A stretch of 64,000 nucleotides of DNA from Promethearchaeota archaeon. GTDB lineage: Archaea > Asgardarchaeota > Lokiarchaeia > Sigyniarchaeales > SOKP01. The DNA lies in contig JBHLMQ010000012.1 of assembly GCA_048938005.1 (NCBI GenBank), positions 29,161-93,160 on the forward strand, given 5' to 3'. Made by a program: the position numbers and the translations under genes. A model generated the notes under the pieces. That model was not told the DNA's origin. It did not search any database and was given only the letters and a program-made list of their open reading frames with translations. This document shows, one piece after another, positions 48,533 to 57,037 of this stretch (positions within the stretch are counted from its first letter, which is position 1; every line of letters starts with the position of its first letter).

Positions 48533-50209
48533 TTAAAAAATAGATTGTAAATTTAATTCCATAGCCGCAACTGGGAATTCTAATTTAAAATTTAGTAAAA
48601 CTTCTGGGTGAATTTCACCTATCTCACCAATCTTTTTTCCTTTTAAATAAATAGTTCCACATCGACCATTAATATAGCTAGGGTTATACTCAGATTTGAT
48701 TTCATAATCATTAACAAAGCCAAGTGAAGTCATGATGAAATCCAAAGTAGATCTAATCTCAGTAAAATCAGCAGATTCATGATAAGCAACAGCTGAAAGA
48801 TGAACTTCTCTTTTTGCTCCAGTTTCTTCACTAGGATCTAATAAAATAACATCTCCAACTTCAAAAATCCTTATAGGTTTTTCTTCAGATCGATTATACA
48901 ATAGTGTCTCCATTAATTTTGGTAATATTGTAGTCCTCGTCGTATCATATTCTTTTGAAACAGGATTTGAAATTTGCACGTGATTTGGGGCTTTATATTC
49001 TTGTTTCATATAATCATAATGCCTCTCAGAGTTAGTTAAAAGAAAGTTAAGAACTTCCAGATATCCCGCTCCAATCATTATCATTCGTAATTTATTTGAG
49101 AATGATTGAATCGGATGATATTCTCCAATACAACCTTCTCTGATTGTTTTCGGTAATTTATCATATCCATAACCAATAGCACATTCTTCAGTAAAATCGA
49201 CAATATGCATAATATCTCCTCGAAAAGCTGGTACCCAAACATCTAAATATCCTTTATTTTTAGCTTGTTTAGCATCTAATCTAACTCTATTAAAACATTT
49301 TATCATCTCCTCAGGTGATAAATTTAATCCGATATAATCATTTATATATTCAGTGCCAACTTCCCATTTCTCAGGTCTTAAATCTGGGGTTATTATATTT
49401 TTTCTATCCTCATAGTTCACTTTAACACTTTCAATTTTAGCCCCCATATCCGCTAAAGTTGTAGATAAAATATTTAACGCCAAATTTATTGCTTTGAAAT
49501 CTGTTCCAGTTAAATCTAAGAAAAGATTTTTTGTATCATCCGTTACTGTTGTTATGATTCCATTTATTATTGGAGGAAAGGACAATACTTCATCATTACT
49601 ATCAAATATTATAGGATAAACTTCTTTTCCCTCTAAGATATGAGCATATTCAATGCCTTTTTCATGTAGTAATAGAATCTCTTCTAAATTCATTGGATAT
49701 CCGTCACCATGAAGAGGAATAAAACTCACTGAATCTGGTTTTACCGCTGTATATCTATAAGGTGGTACAATTTTATCAAGATCATGAACACCAATCGCAA
49801 CTTTTTTTCTATCTCTTCCAACAGCCCAATGAAGTTGTTCTTGAATATTCATTAAGGTTGCTACTTCATCTTCATCTAAATCAATTTCTCTAATAACCCC
49901 ACAGACAATGTAAGGTCTAACTTTATTAACACTTGGATCAACATTTAATTCAATTTCCCCAGGAATTATCTCAAATGATGGTATTCCTAGCTCAATTTCG
50001 TAATATCCTTTAAGGGCTCTAGCAATTCCTTCTGGACTAGAAAAATCAGGTCTATTAGGATTATATTCTACTTTAACTATTTGGGCTTCTTCATTAATAT
50101 CTTCTAAATCTAAACCAATCCACTGTAAATCATATTCTAAATCTTTAATATCTAATTTTTTTCCAACCAATCGTTCTAGTCTTTCAATTTTTAATTCTAA
50201 AGTTGGCAA
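48533..50209 (-). CDS. pheT: Phenylalanine--tRNA ligase beta subunit (archaeal type)
   Basis: NRPDFSSPEGIARAL, QEQLH...GRDRKKVAIGVHD, SFPPIING, RGDIMH, GEIHPEVL; likely start TTG 50209 (MPTLE) behind AAGGAG. Confidence 0.95.
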   Translation of the reverse strand: MPTLELKIERLERLVGKKLDIKDLEYDLQWIGLDLEDINEEAQIVKVEYNPNRPDFSSPEGIARALKGYYEIELGIPSFEIIPGEIELNVDPSVNKVRPYIVCGVIREIDLDEDEVATLMNIQEQLHWAVGRDRKKVAIGVHDLDKIVPPYRYTAVKPDSVSFIPLHGDGYPMNLEEILLLHEKGIEYAHILEGKEVYPIIFDSNDEVLSFPPIINGIITTVTDDTKNLFLDLTGTDFKAINLALNILSTTLADMGAKIESVKVNYEDRKNIITPDLRPEKWEVGTEYINDYIGLNLSPEEMIKCFNRVRLDAKQAKNKGYLDVWVPAFRGDIMHIVDFTEECAIGYGYDKLPKTIREGCIGEYHPIQSFSNKLRMIMIGAGYLEVLNFLLTNSERHYDYMKQEYKAPNHVQISNPVSKEYDTTRTTILPKLMETLLYNRSEEKPIRIFEVGDVILLDPSEETGAKREVHLSAVAYHESADFTEIRSTLDFIMTSLGFVNDYEIKSEYNPSYINGRCGTIYLKGKKIGEIGEIHPEVLLNFKLEFPVAAMELNLQSIF

Positions 50210-50226
50210 TTCTCCTTGACCTCTTT

Positions 50227-51762
50227 TTAATATGATTGTTGTCTTAACCATTTAATAGGATTAATATATAAATCTCTTATATCCTCACGACCAAAATATA
50301 ACATAGCCAATCGCTCAAGTCCTAACCCCCATGCTAGAACTCGTGTAGGATTTTTAATTTGCCATGGATAAGTAACTTCTGGTCTAAAAATTCCTGATCC
50401 TCCCATTTCTAGCCATTCATCTAATTTATCATAATATGCAGCTACTTCCATACTTGGTTCTGTATATGGAAAAAAACCTGGTCTGGTAATTATTTTCTTG
50501 AATCCCAATTTTCTATAAAATTCCGATAGTAACCCGATCAAATCACATAAATTTAAATTATCATCAATCACAATCCCTTCTATTTGGGTAAATTCTGCTA
50601 AATGAGATCTATCTACTTTTTCATTCCGGAAAACTCTATCAATGCAAAATACTTTTACTGGAGCATTCTCATTGTTTCTATAGAATTGTGCTAATCTTCT
50701 AATTGTTGTAGATGTTGTATGGGTTCTTAATACTGTTTTTTCTGCCGTCTTAATGTCCCATTCATAGCCCCATCCTCGAGAACCTGATTCTCCACCACTT
50801 TCATGTGTCTCTTTAACTGCTTGAACTCTATCATTTTCAGGCAATTTCGCGATTTTTGGATTATTTAAATAAAATGTATCTTGCATCTCTCGCGCGGGAT
50901 GATCTTGCGGTTGAAATAAGGCATCAAAATTATAGAATGCACTTTCAATAATTGGCCCCCTAATCTCTGTAAATCCCATGGAAATGAAAATTTCTCTGAT
51001 TTGATTTATCAGTCTAATCATAGGGTGAAGCTTACCTGCTTTTAATAATGGTCCCGGCTTAGTTATATCAAACGGCTTTAAATCATAATTTTTCCAGGAT
51101 CCAGAACTTAGCATCTCTGAAGTTATTTTGCTTATTTCTTTTAATTCTTCAATTTTAGAGATAACAATTTTTTTTCCTTTTTCAGTTAAAAAAATCGTCC
51201 GTTGTGTTGTTCGACTTTGATTTATTAACTTTCTTTTATTTAATACATCCAACTGTGATAAATCATCCTTAGAAAAAGCCGAGTAATCGAAAATGCTTTG
51301 TTTTTCAAATTTTTTTAAAAATTTTTCCAATTTCGTTTGAGGAAACTTTTCAGTAATAAGATATATTTTATTTTCTCCCGAAGCTTTACTTTGAGCAAGC
51401 CATCGGTTTTTCTTTAAATTTGAAATACCGATATAAAAAATATTTCTTTCTAAATTCGATATTTTTAACAATTCATCTAAATTTATTTCTTTAATATCAT
51501 TATCTAATAATATATTTAAAATTTGGCGCTCTGGAAGTCCATTCTTCAAATAATACAAACCTTCGTCATTTAGAGAAATTTTATGTATCTCTTCCTCTTT
51601 AAATCCACCTAAATCATGCTCAATTAAATCATTGACAGCTGACATAAGCACAATATAATCAATATTTAATTCTTTTGCTAGATCTATAGCATATACTTCA
51701 GAACGCTTCTTTTTTAATACTTTTAGAATTCCAATTACTTGTTTTTTAAGTTTAATCGTCAT
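50227..51762 (-). CDS. pheS: Phenylalanine--tRNA ligase alpha subunit (archaeal type)
   Basis: NFDALFQPQDHPAREMQDTF, LRTHTT, RVFRNE, FFPYTEPS, GSGIFRPE, AWGLGLERL; likely start ATG 51762. Confidence 0.96.
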   Translation of the reverse strand: MTIKLKKQVIGILKVLKKKRSEVYAIDLAKELNIDYIVLMSAVNDLIEHDLGGFKEEEIHKISLNDEGLYYLKNGLPERQILNILLDNDIKEINLDELLKISNLERNIFYIGISNLKKNRWLAQSKASGENKIYLITEKFPQTKLEKFLKKFEKQSIFDYSAFSKDDLSQLDVLNKRKLINQSRTTQRTIFLTEKGKKIVISKIEELKEISKITSEMLSSGSWKNYDLKPFDITKPGPLLKAGKLHPMIRLINQIREIFISMGFTEIRGPIIESAFYNFDALFQPQDHPAREMQDTFYLNNPKIAKLPENDRVQAVKETHESGGESGSRGWGYEWDIKTAEKTVLRTHTTSTTIRRLAQFYRNNENAPVKVFCIDRVFRNEKVDRSHLAEFTQIEGIVIDDNLNLCDLIGLLSEFYRKLGFKKIITRPGFFPYTEPSMEVAAYYDKLDEWLEMGGSGIFRPEVTYPWQIKNPTRVLAWGLGLERLAMLYFGREDIRDLYINPIKWLRQQSY

Positions 51763-51937
51763 ATATTTTAGCCAGTAGTTTATTTTCTTATTTATATTTT
51801 TAAAAATCTCTAAGGTATTTAAATGTTTCGTGAAGTAAATCACTTAAAATTGCTGGATCTTGAATTAGAACGATTTTCTTAGATCTTGAATCAAAATAAT
51901 TAGGTTCTTTTAATGATTAAAACTAAATCAATCCTCA

Positions 51938-51979
51938 GCCAAGAGAATAACTTCGGTTACAATAATTTATTCCCTTGGC
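51938..51979. other. Intergenic inverted repeat / hairpin
   Basis: GCCAAGAGAATAA ... TTATTCCCTTGGC, a 13-bp stem whose single mismatch is a G-U pair on the minus strand; the loop contains CTTCGG. Confidence 0.45.
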
Positions 51980-52370
51980 AGAATAAAAACTTCAAATGAA
52001 AATGAATCTTGATTGAGTCTATACTTAATAGATAGATTAAAAATATAGTACATCATACTTTACTAATCTCAAGTATTCACTTAATTATAAGTAACCATAT
52101 TAATCCTTTCTATAAAATTTTTACTTAAAACTTTTTAAGCTTCATAATCTATTTTAGTTTTAAAGCAAGAATTTACTATTTTTATTAAAATATAGTTCTA
52201 TTAACAATTATAATGAAATGAAACTAGAAACTAAATTACAATTCATTAAAAAAAGATTTCGTCATTTTGGATAAAATATTCTAAATGACTTGGAAACTTA
52301 TTATATTTATATATTAATTTGACTTATATGTCATCAATAATTTAAAAAAAATTCCAGGTTATTACCCAAA

Positions 52371-54626
52371 ATGAATAAAATACATCATAATATTAAAAGA
52401 GAAATTATAATAATATCGATTCTACTTTTTGTGATTTCTATCAATTTTACGCTTATTTTACCATTCTTAAATCAATCTAATTCTTCAAATAAAATTCAAG
52501 AGAAAAATTCTGAATTTAATGACCTTAAATTTAGTGGACAAGAGATTAATATTACCACTCCAGAAAATATAACCTATACCACACCAATGAGTGGATATTA
52601 TCCTGCGACATATGGATTCGAAAATGAACCAGATGGGACTTCGAGAACATCTATAGATTTTATTTATAATGTTAGTATCGCTGGTACATGTCAAATTGAT
52701 GCATCTCAAGGAACTCACTCAAAAGTATTATATACTCTTGATTCAAGTACAAGTGTTGGAATGAATTTTGGGCACCATATTGATAATCCTCAAACATCAG
52801 GGACATTAGAAGTCTGGGTTTATATATCAGATACATATTTAGGGAATGATCGTATAATAATTCGTTCTAAAGACAATGCTGATACGAATTTTGGGTTTCA
52901 GTTAACATTCGAAGACTCCTTATTTCAAGATGCTCAAGGAAACACCGCGCCAATGGCATATAATGAATGGTATCATCTAAAAATTATTTTTAATTGTACT
53001 GCGGGAATTAATGGTCAGTATGATTGGTATATTAACGGGAATTTAAAATATTCTAATGTGGAAATGGTTGATAGCTGTACAGATGTTTCTAATATTTATC
53101 TTCGTGGACACAGTGCAACGCAAGGGAGAGCCTACTGGGATGCTTTTGGCTTTTCATGGGATCCAAATTATAACATTGGGGATAATCTAAATGAAGGATT
53201 ATTACTCAGTTTCGATACTTATCCCAACTTAAATTGGATTGGATATTCCTTGGATGGTCAAGCCAATAAAACAATTCTAGGGAATACCACTATTCCAATG
53301 CCAAATGATGGTTTACACTCAATTCAAGTATCTGGTAATAATACAGGCGGTACAATGTATCAATCTGATATGAGATATTTTACAGTTGATATAGATAATA
53401 TTATAATAAAAACACCAGAAAATATAACTTATACAGCACCAATGAGTGGATATTATCCTGCGACATATGGATTCGAAAATGAACCAGATGGGACTTCGAG
53501 AACATCTATAGATTTTATTTATAATGTTAGTATCGCTGGTACATGTCAAATTGATGCATCTCAAGGAACTCACTCAAAAGTATTATATACTCTTGATTCA
53601 AGTACAAGTGTTGGAATGAATTTTGGGCACCATATTGATAATCCTCAAACATCAGGGACATTAGAAGTCTGGGTTTATATATCAGATACATATTTAGGGA
53701 ATGATCGTATAATAATTCGTTCTAAAGACAATGCTGATACGAATTTTGGGTTTCAGTTAACATTCGAAGACTCCTTATTTCAAGATGCTCAAGGAAACAC
53801 CGCGCCAATGGCATATAATGAATGGTATCATCTAAAAATTATTTTTAATTGTACTGCGGGAATTAATGGTCAGTATGATTGGTATATTAACGGGAATTTA
53901 AAATATTCTAATGTGGAAATGGTTGATAGCTGTACAGATGTTTCTAATATTTATCTTCGTGGACACAGTGCAACGCAAGGGAGAGCCTACTGGGATGCTT
54001 TTGGCTTTTCATGGGATCCAAATTATAACATTGGGGATAATCTAAATGAAGGATTATTACTCAGTTTCGATACTTATCCCAACTTAAATTGGATTGGATA
54101 TTCCTTGGATGGTCAAGCCAATAAAACAATTCTAGGGAATACCACTATTCCAATGCCAAATGATGGTTTACACTCAATTCAAGTATCTGGTAATAATACA
54201 GGCGGTACAATGTATCAATCTGATATGAGATATTTTTCAATTGATACTCATGCTCCAACATCAATGATATTGTTCACACCTTATAGTGGAATGAATCAAG
54301 TGATCAAATCAACGAAATTTAATCTTACTGCAAATGATGGATTAGGTTCTGGAGTTTCAGTAATTAGATACAAAATCAATAACTCAGGGTGGATTGACTA
54401 TAGTTCTTCATTTAATTTATCCAATTATGATTATGGATACTATATGATATATTATTATTCTGTTGATGTAGTAGGGCATATTGAATCCGAAAATACCCTT
54501 TTAGTAGAATTAATTGAAGAACCAAGTGAACCAATTATATCGGGATATATTACTATGTTATTGATAACATCAATATGCATCGCAGCAATAATTACAATTA
54601 AGAAAAGACTTAAAAATAATTTTTAA
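52371..54626 (+). CDS. Cell-surface protein: signal peptide, 2x (Ig-like domain with inserted LamG/ConA-like domain), Ig-like domain, Loki-CTERM-like anchor
   Basis: N-terminal hydrophobic segment; SGTLEVWVY, NEWYHLKIIF, YDWYINGN (LamG-like); WIGYSLDGQAN...DGLHSIQV (Ig-like); ends ISGY + TM + KKR; many N-x-S/T sequons. Confidence 0.85.
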   Translation: MNKIHHNIKREIIIISILLFVISINFTLILPFLNQSNSSNKIQEKNSEFNDLKFSGQEINITTPENITYTTPMSGYYPATYGFENEPDGTSRTSIDFIYNVSIAGTCQIDASQGTHSKVLYTLDSSTSVGMNFGHHIDNPQTSGTLEVWVYISDTYLGNDRIIIRSKDNADTNFGFQLTFEDSLFQDAQGNTAPMAYNEWYHLKIIFNCTAGINGQYDWYINGNLKYSNVEMVDSCTDVSNIYLRGHSATQGRAYWDAFGFSWDPNYNIGDNLNEGLLLSFDTYPNLNWIGYSLDGQANKTILGNTTIPMPNDGLHSIQVSGNNTGGTMYQSDMRYFTVDIDNIIIKTPENITYTAPMSGYYPATYGFENEPDGTSRTSIDFIYNVSIAGTCQIDASQGTHSKVLYTLDSSTSVGMNFGHHIDNPQTSGTLEVWVYISDTYLGNDRIIIRSKDNADTNFGFQLTFEDSLFQDAQGNTAPMAYNEWYHLKIIFNCTAGINGQYDWYINGNLKYSNVEMVDSCTDVSNIYLRGHSATQGRAYWDAFGFSWDPNYNIGDNLNEGLLLSFDTYPNLNWIGYSLDGQANKTILGNTTIPMPNDGLHSIQVSGNNTGGTMYQSDMRYFSIDTHAPTSMILFTPYSGMNQVIKSTKFNLTANDGLGSGVSVIRYKINNSGWIDYSSSFNLSNYDYGYYMIYYYSVDVVGHIESENTLLVELIEEPSEPIISGYITMLLITSICIAAIITIKKRLKNNF
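52582..54236 (+). repeat. Intragenic direct repeat: two apparently identical 800-bp copies (52582-53381 and 53437-54236), period 855 bp
   Basis: No differences were spotted between the copies by inspection and the translated copies match; flanking codons differ. Confidence 0.93.
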
Positions 54627-54636
54627 AAGTATTTTT

Positions 54637-55080
54637 TTATATTTTTTCTCTTATTGAAGTTGAATTTATTTTTTGATTATCCTTATCTTTAATAATTGGA
54701 ATAACGATTAAGATGAGAGGGTTTAATCCTTTACTTTCTCTAATTTTATTTAATTTTAAAGCATTATCATAGGTTTCTTGACTTACAATCAATCCCTCAT
54801 ATTCAGGATCTTGAGAATAATACTCCATATCCTTCCAATTTTTTATTTCAACAATATTTATACGATTTAAATGTGAAAAAGAATTAATAAAATTCTCTAA
54901 ATTTTTTTTTCTAGTCTTATAATCCTCTATTTTAGAATAATGTTTCTTATTTGCTAATAATTCCTGAGATGTCAATCCAATCTCTACTAATTCAGAAATA
55001 GATAAAGCTGTTTTCAATAAAGATTTATGACCTTCGTGTAGATGATCGAAAGTTCCACCTAATCCAATTTTTTTAAGAAT
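54637..55080 (-). CDS. coaD: Phosphopantetheine adenylyltransferase (archaeal type), predicted ATT start
   Basis: KKIGLGGTFDHLHEGH lies upstream of the listed TTG (55017); IGLTS, IVSQET, LNKIRESKGL, INSTSIR; in-frame TAG at 55093-55095. Confidence 0.92.
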   Translation of the reverse strand: MLKKIGLGGTFDHLHEGHKSLLKTALSISELVEIGLTSQELLANKKHYSKIEDYKTRKKNLENFINSFSHLNRINIVEIKNWKDMEYYSQDPEYEGLIVSQETYDNALKLNKIRESKGLNPLILIVIPIIKDKDNQKINSTSIREKI

Positions 55081-55122
55081 CTGAAAAACACCCTAACAAG
55101 TAAAAGACATTATTATTTTAAA

Positions 55123-55557
55123 TTATTTTTTTACTTTTAAAGTTTCTTGCTTACTTTCTGGTGTTTTACCTTTTTCGGCAGGTCGTTTCAATCTAACTGA
55201 GTATATTTGCTTTATCTCCATTGAGCCCTCACACTTCTCACACTTGTCTCTTCTTTTAAATACAAAATCTCCTTTCTCATAATTTCTTACTTTAGTAAGT
55301 CCACATAATTTACAGATCAAAATTGTTAAAGTTTGTCTTATAGGTTCTTGAGGGCCTTTCTGCATTTGGATCAAAGTAGCACCAAAACAAATTAACATAA
55401 AACCAATTGACCAACTCGTTATTTGATCAAGCCCAAAATTGAAATAAATTAATAATGCGCCGAAGATAATAAGTAAAATTAACAATATGTTTTTTAAAAT
55501 GCTTTTAAGAGTGACTCCTTTTTTTAATACATCCTCATCGTCTTCTTCTTCAATCAT
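55123..55557 (-). CDS. Small membrane protein with a zinc-ribbon domain
   Basis: Two TM helices, then CKLC...RNYEKGDFVF...CEKC. Confidence 0.7.
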   Translation of the reverse strand: MIEEEDDEDVLKKGVTLKSILKNILLILLIIFGALLIYFNFGLDQITSWSIGFMLICFGATLIQMQKGPQEPIRQTLTILICKLCGLTKVRNYEKGDFVFKRRDKCEKCEGSMEIKQIYSVRLKRPAEKGKTPESKQETLKVKK

Positions 55558-55676
55558 AAAAAATGTCTCAATATCTTCTCTTCTATTCTTTATAATAGAA
55601 AAGAATAAATAAATTTTTTTATTATAACAATTAAAAAGATTGAAGTTTTCAAATATACATTAACTTTAACAAAGAG

Positions 55677-56813
55677 ATGAATAATATTTATCAAACAGCA
55701 ACTACAGATCCAATATCCATTATTATATCTTTATTATGGTTCTTGCTCATTTTTATTTCGATGTTTTATGGGCAAAAATTACAAGCATGGCAAGCATCCA
55801 AAAAAATTCAAACTAGTTTAGAAAAACTTAAGAAATGGAACGACGAATGTAAAGAGATATTAATATCGAATTTCAAAGAATTTGCTGATAAAAAAAAAAC
55901 TCAAAAAGATTTAATGTTTCAACTCGAAGATTTCATTACGTTTGTTACTATTTCTCCTGTTTCTCTCGATCCCTATGGAATCGTTCCTAAGTTTGATCAT
56001 GTTGTTGATGTAAGAGATAATAGATTCAAGGAAGAAGTTGAATTATTAGCTCCAAATGCAGATATTATTCAAAGAGCCAACTTGGAAAATTTACTAGAAG
56101 CAACCATGGCAATAGATTTTATTTATAGATTAATTCGTCACTATCTCATCCTAGGAAAGAAATCAAAATCAATGATATTATTACTCCAGATTTCATATCA
56201 ATTAGGATTAATAATGAGTATGGCAAAAGCTTACTATTATGCTGCTAAAGCTTTCGCTGAAGGTAGCCCCATTGGTGATGGGTTTGGTCCTTTAGTCGTA
56301 GCAAGCTTTATTAGAGATGTATCAGACGGAGAAATTGAAGCAAAGGAAATCTTTAGAGATACAATTGTACAAGAAGTGCAATTTGAAGAAAGAACCATAT
56401 ACATTGTTCGGGCAAAAGGTCCCGGTGGAACTGTTGGAAAACCAGGAAAAGCCATTAAAAAACTTATTGATGACTATGGTGAGGATATTTCTAGAATAAT
56501 CATGATTGATGCTGGATTAAAACTTACTGGAGATAAAACGGGATCAATTGCCGTTGGTGTTGGAGCAGCTATTGGAGGCATTGGTATTGAAAAGCATTAT
56601 ATTGAAGAATCAACAACAGGTAAATCCATCCCTATTGATGCATTAATTTGTAAGGAATCTCTAGAAGATGCCATAACAACTCAAAAAAGAACCATTACTC
56701 AAAGTGTCCCAAAATTCGTTGATAATATAAAAATGGCAATACGGAAGCGAACTGAAAAAGGGACGAAAGTAATAATCGCAGGGATTGGAAATACAATAGG
56801 AATTGGTGTTTAA
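55677..56813 (+). CDS. DUF1512 family protein
   Basis: PVSLDPYGIV, PIGDGFGPLV, KGPGGTVGKPG, IMIDAGLKL, GAAIGGIG, GIGNTIGIG. Confidence 0.85.
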   Translation: MNNIYQTATTDPISIIISLLWFLLIFISMFYGQKLQAWQASKKIQTSLEKLKKWNDECKEILISNFKEFADKKKTQKDLMFQLEDFITFVTISPVSLDPYGIVPKFDHVVDVRDNRFKEEVELLAPNADIIQRANLENLLEATMAIDFIYRLIRHYLILGKKSKSMILLLQISYQLGLIMSMAKAYYYAAKAFAEGSPIGDGFGPLVVASFIRDVSDGEIEAKEIFRDTIVQEVQFEERTIYIVRAKGPGGTVGKPGKAIKKLIDDYGEDISRIIMIDAGLKLTGDKTGSIAVGVGAAIGGIGIEKHYIEESTTGKSIPIDALICKESLEDAITTQKRTITQSVPKFVDNIKMAIRKRTEKGTKVIIAGIGNTIGIGV

Positions 56814-57037
56814 TTCCTCTTTACTTTTATTAATAGTAAATCTTTATTTTTTTGAATTTCATTGAATAGTGTTTTTAATTTTTTTTCTCTTCTTAAAATA
56901 ACTAAGCATAATTAGTTCACAAATAAAATAGAAACTATTTTATAATTAAGGGAATAAAATAAATTAATTACTATTTTTAATTTGATTAAAATAAAATTAG
57001 GAAATTAAATAAAAGATATTATTGAGGTGTAAAGAAA

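Noticed and set aside
50210-51843. Long N-terminal extensions of PheT and PheS given in the ORF track
   Set aside because: Family N-termini, and for pheT the SD position, favour TTG 50209 and ATG 51762
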